DNA of 64,000 nt from NCBI GenBank assembly GCA_950097015.1, contig CATNEN010000003.1, positions 8,494,001 through 8,558,000 on the forward strand, read 5' to 3'. The notes beneath the pieces are model-generated. The model made no database searches, had not been told where the DNA came from, and worked only from the letters and a program-made list of their open reading frames with translations. Origin of the DNA: Macrostomum hystrix. Taxonomy: Eukaryota; Animalia; Platyhelminthes. Positions 25,034 through 37,525 of the stretch are shown here, piece by piece. The position numbers and the translations under genes were made by a program. The stretch's first letter is position 1. Each line of letters begins with the position of its first letter.

Positions 25034-26950
25034 ATGTCAGATGTACACAACACACCTTATGTGGTTAGTTCCTTTGCACGTACCTATGTTCAGAATATAC
25101 ACAAATTGGTTCTTTAAATAGGGATTAGTAGATTTAAATTACAGATAGGTGTCTTTCGAAATGAAGACTAGTTGATTTTGAATGAGATGGATTTAGGATT
25201 AGGATTATTCGTTTCGTTAATTAAAATGGGATTATAAGAAGTGTTCAGTTTTATTTTTTCATTCATCTGATTTCAGTGTTCAATTGCTAAGTGTTTTTCT
25301 AAACAGTCAGCCGCCAATGCAGCAACAGCAGCAGCAGCAGCAACAAGAACAACAAGACACTGAATCTAGTCCTGGGATCAGTTCAAAATTTCAGCCTCAG
25401 GGTCCTGTGAAAATATTAAAGAGGCCAGCTAGCCAACCCAGTCACATGTGCCAAGAGGTGAGACTTCTGCAAAGCCAGACAGTTATGGGTGGTGAGTGGC
25501 AGAGCGGTTAACGCGTTTTCCTCTCGCACCAAGGTCCCTGAGCTCGATTCTACGGCGAGGCCACATTCATTTGAGGCGCAGCCTCGGAGACAAGGCTTGG
25601 GGGGCTTGTCGTGCAATTTACGCCCCTGAGGACCAGCCTCCAATGCACAGTGAGAGTGTACACTGCCTGACGACGAAAAAGTGAGGGCAGATGTACACAC
25701 CTGTGTGAGCGTGTGACTGCGTACTGTATCTGTGTGCGTGTGTGCTCAGGAGTCAGCGGAATGGGCAGAATTGCTTCCCCGCTGGCTGCGAGTCTAGTGT
25801 CACCAAATGATGTGCTATTGCCCGCAGCTCTCCTGCAATTATTATATTATTATATCAAGACAGTTACAGCTACAGTCAAGACAGTTGCAGCTACAGTCAA
25901 GGCAGTTACAGCTACAGTCAAGGCAGTTACAGCCACAGTCAAGGCAGTTACAGCTACAGTCAAGGCAGTTACAGCTACAGTCAAGGCAGTTACAGCCACA
26001 GTCAAGACAGTTACAGCTACAGTCAAGGCAGTTACAGCCACAGTCAAGACAGTTGCAGCTACAGTCAAGGCAGTTACAGCTACAGTCAAGGCAGTTACAG
26101 CCACAGTCAAGGCAGTTGCAGCTACAGTCAAGGCAGTTACAGCTACAGTCAAGGCAGTTACAGCCACAGTCAAGGCAGTTACAGCTACAGTCAAGGCAGT
26201 TACAGCTACAGTCAAGGCAGTTACAGCCACAGTCAAGACAGTTACAGCTACAGTCAAGGCAGTTACAGCCACAGTCAAGGCAGTTACAGCTACAGTCAAG
26301 GCAGTTACAGCCACAGTCAAGGCAGTTACAGCCACAGTCAAGGCAGTTACAGCTACAGTCAAGGCATACAGCTACAGTCAAGGCAGTTACAGCTACAGTC
26401 AAAACATTTACAGCTACAGTTAACACAGTTACAGTATAATTGAAGAGATCGAATAAACTTTAGTTATGAAATTAGCTTTTTTTCCGTACGTCAAGTAAAA
26501 GTGACATTTTTCAATTTCTCAAAATTGGCCCACACCTCGCCATCGCAGGGACGCCAGCAGCTGCAGTCGCAGCCGTCCCCGCTCCCTTACCATCACCCGT
26601 CAGCTTCTGACCTGCTTCAGTCAGCTAAGAATTCTAGTCAGCAGCAGCAGCAGTCTCGCACACTGGCCGAGCGTCAGGCCGACTATACCGAAGCTCGACT
26701 GAGGATCCTGGGCCCAGATTATCCCAGCAGCGAAGCTCTAGAGGCAAATCCCGACTTACTCCCAGATCCTGCTGTTGCCTCATCTGCTTCTAGTGTAACT
26801 ACTGGCAACCAGAAGCAGCAGCAGCAGTCCTTCTCTTCACCTTCGGCTGTGTCATCCACCGTACTCAGACCGGACAGTGAGCCCTTTATTCCGCGCAGAT
26901 CTGCTGTCTTTGGAGGCAGAGACTCAAAGACATCAGCCAGTCAGTCATAG
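25034..26950 (+). CDS. SZRD1: SUZ domain-containing RNA-binding protein (SZRD1-like), 3 exons
   Basis: Exons 25034-25063 (tentative), 25311-25457 and 26549-26950 give 192 aa. Motifs VKILKRP and RTLAERQADYTEARLRILG form the SUZ signature. Confidence 0.75.
25488..25852 (+). mobile_element. tRNA-derived SINE family A, in SZRD1 intron 2
   Basis: A-box-like TGGCAGAGCGG, B-box-like GCTCGATTC and an (ATT)n tail; homologous copies at 32119 and 33065. Confidence 0.85.
25853..26435. repeat. 21-bp intronic minisatellite CAGTCAAGGCAGTTACAGCTA
   Basis: Tandem units start immediately after the SINE tail. Confidence 0.95.
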
Positions 26951-28084
26951 CCAAATTTGGACTTGTTGCTTTTGTTCAGAATATTGTTTATTTACTGTCT
27001 ACTACAATCGTAAACAATGCGACTCATATAATTATGTTGGACGTATTGATTTTTGGTTGTTAAATATTTTTGTAGGTCTTTACTTTTCGGGAAAAAATCT
27101 GTGCTAAGAAATCAACTGGGTATTTTACAATCTGTGCAATCATCTGAATATTTTAGAGATAATCTGAGGACTTTTTTAAAGGTTTGCAGATCGACTGGTA
27201 ATTAAGGGATTTTGATGATAGCCTGTGAATTTTAGGCATTTAGGGATCTGATGACTCTGGTATTTTAGGGAAAATGTCTTTGGTGTAATATGAGGATTTT
27301 AGCATAAATTGGTATTTTGTGGATAAAAAACTATAGTTATAAATTTTGCATACAATACAACTGTTGGCATATCTTTGTACAACCTTTTCTGTAAATGTAC
27401 ATTTATGCTTTCTATCGTTATCATTATTTCATTTCTTTTTTTACTTTGTCCGTTGTTAGTTGTTTATCTAGAATAAAAATCGCACGTTACTACTTAGATC
27501 TCGACAGTTTTACAGTAGTTGATTCATTTCAAGTATTTTCTGTTGTGCAAGTTGAAAAAATAAATAATTGTAGATATGATCTATAAGGATTAACCAATGG
27601 TTGTTGTTTTCAGTAATGGAAAACAAACTAAAAAACAGAAGAGTTAGGTAAAATTCTATTACAATAGTAACTAGCTATTTGTAGTTGTGAAGATTTCCTG
27701 CTTATTGTGTTACTTTTCTACAACGCCTAATGGAAAAGTTTGTGCATCTATTTAATTATTTTTTGTTTTAGCACTTAGTACGCCTAAACTACTGCCAGTT
27801 AATGTTCTATAGTAGCATGTGGTGCGCTTTTGAAGTACATTGCGCACTGACTACTGTATAAAGCAGCAGGATAAGCTGAACTTTTGCTTATATAAGATGA
27901 TTAATGTTTTTTCTTCTTAAAGTGCAAAAATGCCAGCTATGCTTTACTAAGTAAAATGTATTGAAGTCTTGAATACAAACTAGTTCACGTTGATGAACAT
28001 AAATGTCAATTTGTTCTTAATAAACAAAACAAGTTTTATGTCATTATATTTTTTCACCCTTCAATATCTCTTCATTCACTATTG

Positions 28085-28592
28085 ATCAAGACAGACAGCT
28101 CACAGAACTTTTGATGAAGGATAAAGACAGGCAGCTCACAGAAGTCTTGATAGATAAAAACAGGCAGCTCACAGAACTCTTGATGGATAAAGACAGGCGG
28201 CTCACAGAAGTCTTGATGGATAAAGACAGGCAGCTCACAGAAGTCTTGATGGATAAAGACAGGCAGCTCACAGAAGTCTTGATGGATAAAGACAGGCAGC
28301 TCACAGAAGTCTTGATGGATAAAGACAGGCAGCTCACAGAAGTCTTGATGGATAAAGACAGGCAGCTCACAGAAGTCTTGTTGGATAAAGACAGGCAGCT
28401 CACAGAAGTCCTTGATGGATAAAGACAGGCAGCTCACAGAAGTCTTGATGGATAAAGACAGGCAGCTCACAGAAGTCTTGATGGATAAAGACAGGCAGCT
28501 CACAGAAGTCTTGATGGATAAAGACAGGCAGCTCACGGAAGTCTTGTTGGATAAAGACAGGCAGCTCAGTGAACTCTTGATGGATAAAGACG
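28085..28592. repeat. 33-bp minisatellite GATGGATAAAGACAGGCAGCTCACAGAAGTCTT
   Basis: About 15 tandem units. Confidence 0.95.
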
Positions 28593-29362
28593 TGCTTCTA
28601 AATTGAGTTAATTGCGACCTAAAAGTATGGAGCACTTAAAAAGTGCTTAAAGTGGTTAAACATATTTTATCATTCGTATATTAAGTTGAACTTGATGAGG
28701 ATTTAAGTTTTTGGAGTGCAAACGCATTTTCAAATACAAAGGACCCCTCCATAGAGAGTACTTGTTGCCAGGGCTAAATGCTATTTTCCTGATCCACAAT
28801 CAGGTCGCTGGGAGTGTTTGAAGTACTTTCCATCGGCCTTGAAACAGCACTGAATCACGTGAGCAGTCAATTTGCTTACCCCTTATAGTTTTAATGAGAA
28901 ATTTTGGCTAAAGAGAGCCAGTTTCATAAAAAAATTCGCGCACTGCTCACATGTGCTCAAATCTCATTTCGAGTTGCTCATAATCGTCTTCGGTGCATGC
29001 ACAGTCAAGCTAGATTTCTTTCTAACCCTGACTAAAACTGTAATCCTCAGCGGATGAATAGAGATACAAGCTGATGAAATTAATTCCGGCACTTGTTTCA
29101 CCTCTACTCGTTACCTGTGCCAAGGGCCTAACGATTGGATTAGACACACATTGCCGTTCTTTCATTCGCCCCAAACTCGCTGCCTTTCGCAGGGCCACAT
29201 TTTCAGCTGCATTTCTTTCGCATTTCCAGCAGGCATGCACCGGCAAGTCTGCAGGCAAAAAGACTGTTCATAAATTTCAGATACAGCTGACACAGTCAGA
29301 CTGAAAACTTTTGTTTTTTAGGAATTTACTGCAATAGAATAACAGTTTTGTATCACCTTGAA

Positions 29363-32300
29363 ATGGTAAGTGAATAAAAAGGACATTAGATTCTTCTGAA
29401 ATATTTTTGCGCAGTTCGTAAATTTGCATTCATCCGCATTTTAGTACGGCCATATTCATGTCAACTTCAAGGAGATGATCCTGAGACTGCTGCCAGCTGA
29501 TGCTTGGGTCCGCATTCAGTAAGGCGGGTGATATTTTACATAGAAATACTCAGTGCAATACAAGTCATTGTCGGGCTTCTTCAGTCTTCTATTTAAGGTC
29601 CTCATGATCATCAGGCCACCATCCTGTAAGGTCCTCATGATCATCAGGCCACCATCCTGTAAGATCCTCATGATCATCAGGCCACCATCCTGTAAGGTCC
29701 TCATGATCATCAGGCCACCATCCTGTAAGGTCCTCATGATCATCAGGCCACCATCCTGTAAGATCCCCATGATCATCAGGCCACCATACTGTAAGATCCC
29801 CATGATCATTAGACCACCATCCTGTAAGATCCTCATGATCATCAGGCCACCATCCTGTAAGATCCTCATGATCATCAGGCCACCATCCTGTAAGATCCTC
29901 ATGATCATCAGGCCACCATCCTGTAAGATCCTCATGATCATCAGGCCACCATCCTGTAAGATCCCCATGATCATCAGGCCACCATCCTGTAAGATCCTCA
30001 TGATCATTAGACCACCATCCTGTAAGATCCTCATGATCATCAGACCACCATCCTGTAAGATCCCCATGATTATTAGACCACCATCCTGTAAGATCACCAT
30101 GATCATTAGACCACCATCCTGTAAGATCCCCATTATGATTAGGCCACCATCTTGTAAGATCCCCATTATCATTAGGCCACCATCGTGTAAGATCCTCGTG
30201 ATCATCAGACCACCATCTTGTAAGATCCTCATGATCATTAGGCCACAATCCTCTAAAATACCCATGATCATTAGACCACCATCCTCTAAAATCCCGATGA
30301 TCATTAGACTACGACCATGTAAGATATTCATTACCATTCGAGCAGCATTCTCTACTATCTTCATGAACAATAGTCTACTATCCTCAAAAACTCTCAAAGT
30401 CACTACGCTCGTACACTACCGCTTCCTCCAAGACCTTCAGGAGCTAAAGATCCCCATTATAGTGAACTTGTCTTCTAAAAACGTCTTTAGGAAGGCTTGC
30501 AACCTTGATGAGACTCGCGATTTTCAAGTGTTTCACAGCTATCCCGACGAAATGTTCTACAATATGATGGAAACTGCTCGACTGGAGTTCAAAGGTAGAC
30601 TACTATTGACAATAACTGAGAACCAACAGAACAGTAGCAGATTTGCATTCCTTCAACCCAACAGGCAAATCCATGGAAGACATGTTTGAAATGTTCGGCT
30701 GTCACCTGTTCCTCTATTTTAAAAAGCACGGCTTTGACAAGATGATCTACACTCTGGGCCAAGATCTGAAGAAATTCATCGGCAGTCTGGACTCACTGCA
30801 TGACTATTTGCAGATCGACAATAAAGAAATGGTGCCGCCTTCATTCAGGTATTGTTGTTGATCAGTTTTGGTGGACAGGGAGCCTGTTGGCGCAGTGGTC
30901 AGAGCTTTGGACTTTTTACCGAGAAGTCGGAAGTTCGATTCTCATCCTAAGTGAAAAATTTGTGTCCTTGAGGAAGACCCTTCCATAGTGTTTCAGTTCC
31001 AATGTACTCAAGCAGTTTACTACAGAACTATGATCAAATATACTATACAGAGCAGAGGCTGTAAATTTTTTAAGAGTAGAAAGACCTCGCTATTTTTTCC
31101 CCTGGGGAAAAACCGTTGGGTAATTTCAAATACCCACTGCCTATTTCACAAAAGCTCCCAAACAGAATGACAGATGTTCGTGATAGTCCACCATCTGAAT
31201 CTAAATTTTCCGCCTTTTGCGATGAACTTACTTTCAAAGCCGCTATTGTCTCTGTTGTTCCTATGGATGTTTTCACTTCAATTATTAAAAGTAATCCAAT
31301 TGCAGTTATACCTACGACGAATCTGGTGAAATGATACTGAACTGTTACAGTTCCAGACAAGGTCTTGCTGGTTGGGTCAAAGGTAAAACAGCTTTGAGTA
31401 GTGTAAACTCATATAGAACAGTTGAACTGTACTCCCTGTACTGTACTGTACTCCCGCTTCGCTTCAACACTGTTGCAGGCATGCTGACCACTGTAGCTAG
31501 GGAGATATTCGCCACGGAGATCCGCATGACTCCGCTAGAGGATGACCAGTCTGGATCCAAGGCGTCGGACCTGCCGCAGGACAGTCGATTCCACAGCCTA
31601 GTGAGACTTCGTGTCACTTTCCTGTCCAGCGCCTCTCTGGCTGTGAACACTGGCGACTATTTTCAGCCGTCCCACCCTGACTGCAGCCTAGTCAGCACTG
31701 AAGCCTTTGTGCAGTGCTTCCCGTATCACGTGATGTTCGACCAGTTCATGTTGGTGCGCCAGTGTGGCGCGGCCGTGCAAGAGTTCTGTCCATTGTTGCG
31801 CGATCGCAATCAGCTGGTGAAACTGACTGAAGCTTTCGACCTTGTGAATCCCCCGATCAAATTTACTCCGAGGCATATTAAACGATTTTTAAATTCGTCC
31901 TTCACTCTGTTGCTAAGGAAGCGACAGAACAGTCGGGAGCCAGAGAACTCGCTGCTATTGAAAGGTGATTTTTAGCCTGTTTACAAAGCAATAAAGTACA
32001 TGTGGGGGTTCGAATCTATGACATCCTCTCCGAAATCTCGGAAATTCTCAAAATTTCAGCTCGGGTAGAAATTAGGGTCGAGAAAATGCGGCTGCATGTA
32101 CCACTGGCTCGGTCTGTGGGGTTGGTGGCAGAGCAGTTAACGCGCTGTCTCTCGCCCCAAGGTCCCTGAGCTCGATTCCACGGCGAGGCCACATTCATTT
32201 TGGGCGCAGCCGCGGAGAAAATGCTTGGGGGCTTGTCGTGCAATTTACGCCCTTGAGGGCCAACCTCCATGGCACAGTGAGAGTGTACACTGCCTGACGA

Positions 32301-35300
32301 CGAGAAAGTCAGAGCAGATGCACACCTGTGTGCGTGCGTGCTCAGGAGTCGGCGAAATGGGCAGAATTGCCACTTTTCTGGCTGCGGGTCTAGTGTCACT
32401 AAATGATGTGCCATTGCCTGCAGCCCTGCTGCAATAATAATTAGTATTATTAGCACCACTGGTTGTCTTCTGGGTAAGGTGTAAATTCAGTTTCTGTAAC
32501 TCGCATCTCTAGGCCAGATGATCTACCTGGAGGACACGCAATTCTTTCTATTCATCTCATCGCCACGAGTGCTCACCCTAGGCGAGATGATGGAGAAGCG
32601 GCTGTGCATGTCGGACCTGCCGATTCACGATGTGACTCGCGAGCTGCTCCAGGTTAATCAGCAGCGTGTCTCCGAGATGCAGGTCTCCAAGCGGCTTGAC
32701 GAGCTCACCGGCGAGATGCGTCGAATGGCGGCCGCTCTGGAGGAGGAGAAACAAAAAACTCGTCGATTGCTGACGCAGCTGCTGCCAGATCGAGTCGCCG
32801 ATCAACTGCTGCAGGGCAAGAGGGTCGGGGCAGGTTGGTAACTAAAATTAATTCACTCACGAATTGAAGGTCGGGGATTCGATTCCAGACTTCGCTCGAG
32901 CAATTATTTCCTTTAGCAAGACACTTAATCTAAGCATTGCTTCAGTTTAACTAGCTGTTTAATTCGTGCCAGCATTAGTTGGGGCATCTTTTACTTTAAT
33001 TGCTTTAGGAAAAAAATACCTTTTTATTTTACAGTTTACTGATAGTTAATAAAAAAAATAATGCTTGCAAGAGGGCTGTGGGCACCTTGGTGGTAGTGGC
33101 CCATCATTTGGTGACACTAGACCCACAGCCAGCGAGGAGGCAATTCTGCCCATTTCGCTGACTCCTGAGCACACAGATATCGTACGCAGGCACACGCTCA
33201 CACAGGTGTGTTCATGTGCCCTGACTTTCTCATCGTCAGGCAGCGTACACTCTCACTGTGCCTTGGAGGTTGGCCCTCAAGGGCGTAAATCGCACGACAA
33301 GCCCCCAAGCCTTCTCTCCGCGGCTGCACCACAAATTAATGTGGCCTCGCCGCGGAATCGAGCTCAGGGACCTCGCCTCAAACGCGTTAAACCGCTGTGC
33401 CACTCACCGTCCTCACTGATGGTTTTTGTTAATATTTTTATGGTTAGGTACTCGTTGCTTTCTGTCGTTGGTTTGTCGTGTCCTTGATAATTCTGTCGCT
33501 AATAGTGTTGTTGTTGCATAACCAATAAACTTCGTGGTTGTTATCTTCGTCGTTGATGACTTCGTCGTTGGTATCTTCGTCGTTAGTATCTTCGTCGTTG
33601 GTATCTTCGTCGTTGGTATCTTCGTCGTTAGTATCTTCGTCGTTAATAACTTCGTCGTTGATGACCTTGTCGTTGGTATCTTCGTCGTTGATGACTTCGT
33701 CGTTGGTATCTTCGTCGTTAGTCTCTTCATCGTTGATAATTTCGTCGTTGGTATCTTCGTCGTTGATGACTTCGTCGTTAGTATCTTCGTCGTTAGTATC
33801 TTCGTCGTTAGTATCTTCGTCGTTAATAACTTCGTCGTTGATGACTTCGTCGTTAGTATCTTCGTCGTTGATAATTTCGTCGTTGGTATCTTCGTCGTTG
33901 ATGACTTCGTCGTTGATGACTTCGTCGTTGATGACTTCGTCGTTGGTATCTTCGTCGTTGATAACTTCGTCGTTGATGACTTCGTCGTTGATTCTCAAAG
34001 AATCAGAGCCCAGAATCAGAGTTCCAGTAGCTCTGTAGCTCAAAGATTTTTCCAACGCTTTAAAAAACCAACTGAAATAACAATTGTAGAAAAGTTCGAC
34101 AACTGCACAGTCCTATTCTCGGACATCGTCTCCTTCACTGTACTAGCCGGCCAGTGCTCTCCAATGCAAGTGGTGGAACTGCTCAACTGTCTGTTCTCCC
34201 GATTCGACGCCGCCACGGAAGCCAACTCAGTCTACAAGGTGGAGACGATCGGTGACGCCTACATGGTGGCGGCTGGGGTCCCAGATCCCACTCCTGAGCA
34301 CGCCAGTCGTGTTGCTGAGCAGTCCATGGACATGATGAGCGCCGTGGGTCAGGTCTGCTCACCTGTGCCTCAGTGGCAGCTGCAGGTTAGCCGTACTTTC
34401 ACTGTCTTTCCTTCTATCAGCTACGAGTTCATATTTCTTATTTCTCATTCAACTGATATTTTTTACCTTAACATATTTGATATCTAACCTCACACTGACA
34501 ACTAAAATGGCAGATCCGAGTCGGTCTTCACACGGGTCCCGTCGTGGCCGGCGTTGTTGGCGACAAGATGCCCCGATTCTGCCTGTTTGGCGCCACGGTC
34601 AGCGTGGCCTCCCAGATGGAAGGTCAGGGAGTTCCGGGCCGGATCCATGTCAGTCCAACTTCACACGAGTGAGTAGCTTCATTCCAACTTCACCCGATTC
34701 TTCAGGGAACTGAATCTACCTCCCTTCGTCAGATTCTTCAGGGAACTGAATCTACCTCCCTTCGTCAAATTCTTCAAGGAACTGAATCTACCTGCCTTCA
34801 TCAGATTCTTCAGGGAACTGAATCTACCTCCCTTCGTCAAATTCTTCAAGGAACTGAATCTACCTGCCTTCATCAGATTCTTCAGGGAACTGAATCTACC
34901 TGCCTTCATCAGATTCTTCAGGGAACTGAATCTACCTGCCTTCATCAGATTCTTCAGGGAACTGAATCTACCTGCCTTCATCAGATTCTTCAGGGAACTA
35001 AATCTACCTCCCTTCATCAGATTCTTCAGGGAACTGAATCTACCTCCCTTCATCAGATTCTTCAGAGAACTGAATCTACCTGCCTTCATCAGATTCTTCA
35101 TGGAACTGAATCCACCTCCCTTCATCGGATTCTTCAGGGAACTGAATCTACCTCCCTTCACCCGATTCTTCAGGGAACTGAATCTACCTCCCTTCACCCG
35201 ATTCTTCAGGGAACTGAATCTACCTCCCTTCGTCAAATTCTTCAAGGAACTGAATCTACCTCCCTTCATCAGATTATTCAGGGAACTGAATCTACCTCCT

Positions 35301-36100
35301 TCGTCAGATTCTTCATGGAACTGAATCTACCTCCTTCGTCAGATTCTTCAGGGAACTGAATCCAACTCCTTTCATCAGATTCTTCAGGGAACTGAATCTA
35401 CCTCCCTTCATCAGATTATTCAGGGAACTGAATCTACCTCCCTTCATCCGATTCTTCAGGGAACTGAATCTACCTCCCTCCATCAGATTCTTCAGGGAAC
35501 TGAATCTACCTCCCTTCATCAGATTCTTCAGGGAACTGAATCTACCTCCCTTCATCCGATTCTTCAGGGAACTGAATCTACCTCCCTCCATCAGATTCTT
35601 CAGGGAACTGAATCTACCTCCCTTCATCAGATTATTCAGGGAACTGAATCTACCTCCCTTCATCCGATTCTTCAGGGAACTGAATCTACCTCCCTCCATC
35701 AGATTCTTCAGGGAACTGAATCTACCTCCCTTCATCAGATTCTTCAGGGAACTGAATCTACCTGCCTTTATCAGATTCTTCAGGGAACTGAATCCAACTC
35801 CTTTCATCAGATTCTTCAGGGAACTGAATCTACCTCCCTTCATCAGATTCTTCATGGAACTGAATCCAACTCCCTTCATCAGATTTTTCAGGGAACTGAA
35901 TCCAACTCCCTTCATCAGATTCTTCAGGGAACTGAATGTGCCAACTGCCTAATCCCCACAGTGCACTACTGAGCCACGGTTACAAGTTCGAGGGTCGCGG
36001 AGAAGTTCAGATCAAAGGTCGCGGGCTGATGTCCACCTACTTTCTGCTTGGCAGGACCGGGCGAACAGTTGCCACTGAGCCTCTTAAGAAGCGACGTTGA
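29363..36100 (+). CDS. Atypical soluble guanylate cyclase subunit (H-NOX, PAS/HNOBA, coiled coil, cyclase), 10 exons, 612 aa
   Basis: Exons 29363-29365, 29445-29518, 30491-30594, 30665-30848, 31306-31382, 31479-31964, 32513-32833, 34090-34385, 34514-34668 and 35962-36100; all GT-AG, total 1839 nt in frame. Motifs [52 protein letters not shown]. Confidence 0.92.
29594..30330. repeat. 33-bp intronic minisatellite ATGATCATCAGGCCACCATCCTGTAAGATCCTC (sGC intron 2)
   Basis: Tandem units that decay toward the 3' edge. Confidence 0.95.
30878..31020 (+). mobile_element. Old tRNA-derived SINE (family C) remnant
   Basis: TGGCGCAGTGG A-box, AGTTCGATTC B-box, then a TGTGTCCTTGAGGAAGAC core-like motif. 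Confidence 0.6.
32119..32455 (+). mobile_element. SINE family A copy (sGC intron 6)
   Basis: Colinear homology to 25488-25852. Confidence 0.85.
32865..32985 (+). mobile_element. SINE family C remnant
   Basis: GATTCGATTCC, GCAAGACACTTAA and GCCAGCATTAG shared with the 54440-54630 and 63620-63770 copies. Confidence 0.6.
33065..33408 (-). mobile_element. SINE family A copy, antisense (sGC intron 7)
   Basis: Reverse-complement homology to 25488-25852. Confidence 0.85.
33528..33992. repeat. 15-bp intronic minisatellite TTCGTCGTTGGTATC / TTCGTCGTTGATGAC
   Basis: Tandem units read directly from the sequence. Confidence 0.95.
34682..35938. repeat. 36-bp minisatellite filling sGC intron 9 (TTCTTCAGGGAACTGAATCTACCTCCCTTCATCAGA)
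   Basis: Tandem units run from ~14 nt after the donor to ~25 nt before the acceptor. Confidence 0.95.
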
Positions 36101-36217
36101 GTACGTGACAATGTGCTCGATATTTTATGAGATATTTATCCAGGCTGTATATTTTATGTCCCATTTAATATTAATTATTTTATATATTTTTTTAAAACTT
36201 CATCTTACATTGAACTT

Positions 36218-37040
36218 TCCCTATATCTCCATTCATCTCTACTGTCCCTTCATCTCCATTATCCCTTCATCTCTACTGTCCCTTCATCTCTACTGCCCCT
36301 TCATCTCTTCTGTCCCTTCATCTCTACTGTCCCTTCATCTATTCTGTCCCTTCATCTCTACTGTCCCTTCATCTCTACTGTCCCTTCATCTCTACTGTCC
36401 CTTCATCTCTTCTGTCCCTTCATCTCTAATGTCCCTTCATCTCTTCTGTCCCTTCATCTCTACTGTCCCATCATCTCTTCTGTCCCTTCATCTCTACTGT
36501 CCCATTATCTCTTCTGTCCCTTCATCTCCACTATCCCTTCTTCTCTACTGTCCCTTCATCTCCATTATCCCTTCGTCTCTATTGTCCCTTCATTTCTACT
36601 GTCCCTTCATCTCTACCGTCCCTTCATCTCCATTATCCCTTCATCTATACTGTCCCTTCATCTCTACCGTCCCTTCATCTCCATTATCCCTTCATCTATA
36701 CTGTCCCTTCATCTCTACTGTCCCTTCATCTCCATTATCCCTTCATCTCCATTATCCCTTCATCTCCATTATCCTTTCATCTATACTGTCCCTTCATCTC
36801 CATTATCCCTTCATCTCCATTATCCTTTCATCTATACTGTCCCTTCATCTCCATTATCCCTTCATCTCCATTATCCCTTCATCTCTACTGTCCCTTCATC
36901 TCCATTATCCCTTCATCTTCATTATCCCTTCATCTCCATTATCCCTTCATCTCTACTGTCCCTTCATCTCCATTATCCCTTCATCTCCATTATCCCTTCA
37001 TCTATACTGTCCCTTCATCTCTAATGTCCCTTCATCTCTG
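36218..37040. repeat. 17-bp pyrimidine-rich minisatellite TCCCTTCATCTCTACTG
   Basis: Tandem units read directly from the sequence. Confidence 0.93.
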
Positions 37041-37525
37041 GTCTCCTGCACCCGTTTTCACTATCTGACTCTCGTGTATTTTTTTAGTTTTTATCTGCAA
37101 TTTTGCAATGTTGATCGGTCGCTTGGCTATTCGTCTTGCAGCATTGTTTTGCTAGATACATCTTGGGATCGTATATCTTTTTCTTTATTTGGACAATAAC
37201 TTTTGTGTAATTTTTTAAAGAAATTCTTGATTTTTTTAAAAGAGCTACATTTTCGCATATTCGTTACTACGAGTACTAATAGCAAATTTAGTATTTTAAT
37301 TAAAAATTAAAACCAAAATATGCAGAATGTAGAAATCTGTTAAAACAAAAAAAGCAGTTTTACGTCTGTTATATTCAAACAAACTTTTGTGCATAATCAG
37401 TTTCCGTGATTTTTCTAACAATATTTACATGCCCTGTCTATTTTACATGTTGCTGACGAAAAATGTACAATTTATAACTCTGTAATAAGAAAACAGCGAA
37501 AAAAACAAAAAATTGACAAAATTGG

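Noticed and set aside
28111-28606. (MDKDRQLTEVL)n coiled-coil-like ORF
   Set aside because: A 33-bp minisatellite with an internal frameshift and no flanking exon evidence.
30878-30950. tRNA-like sequences here and at 5260-5330, 25490-25560 and 54565-54632
   Set aside because: They have A/B boxes but no complete cloverleaf and continue into SINE bodies, so they are not called tRNA genes.
32290-32316. CTGACGA...GAAA.GTC in SINE A resembling a hammerhead core
   Set aside because: There is no room for stems II or III and no stem I pairing; better explained as a simple CTGAC/GTCAG hairpin.
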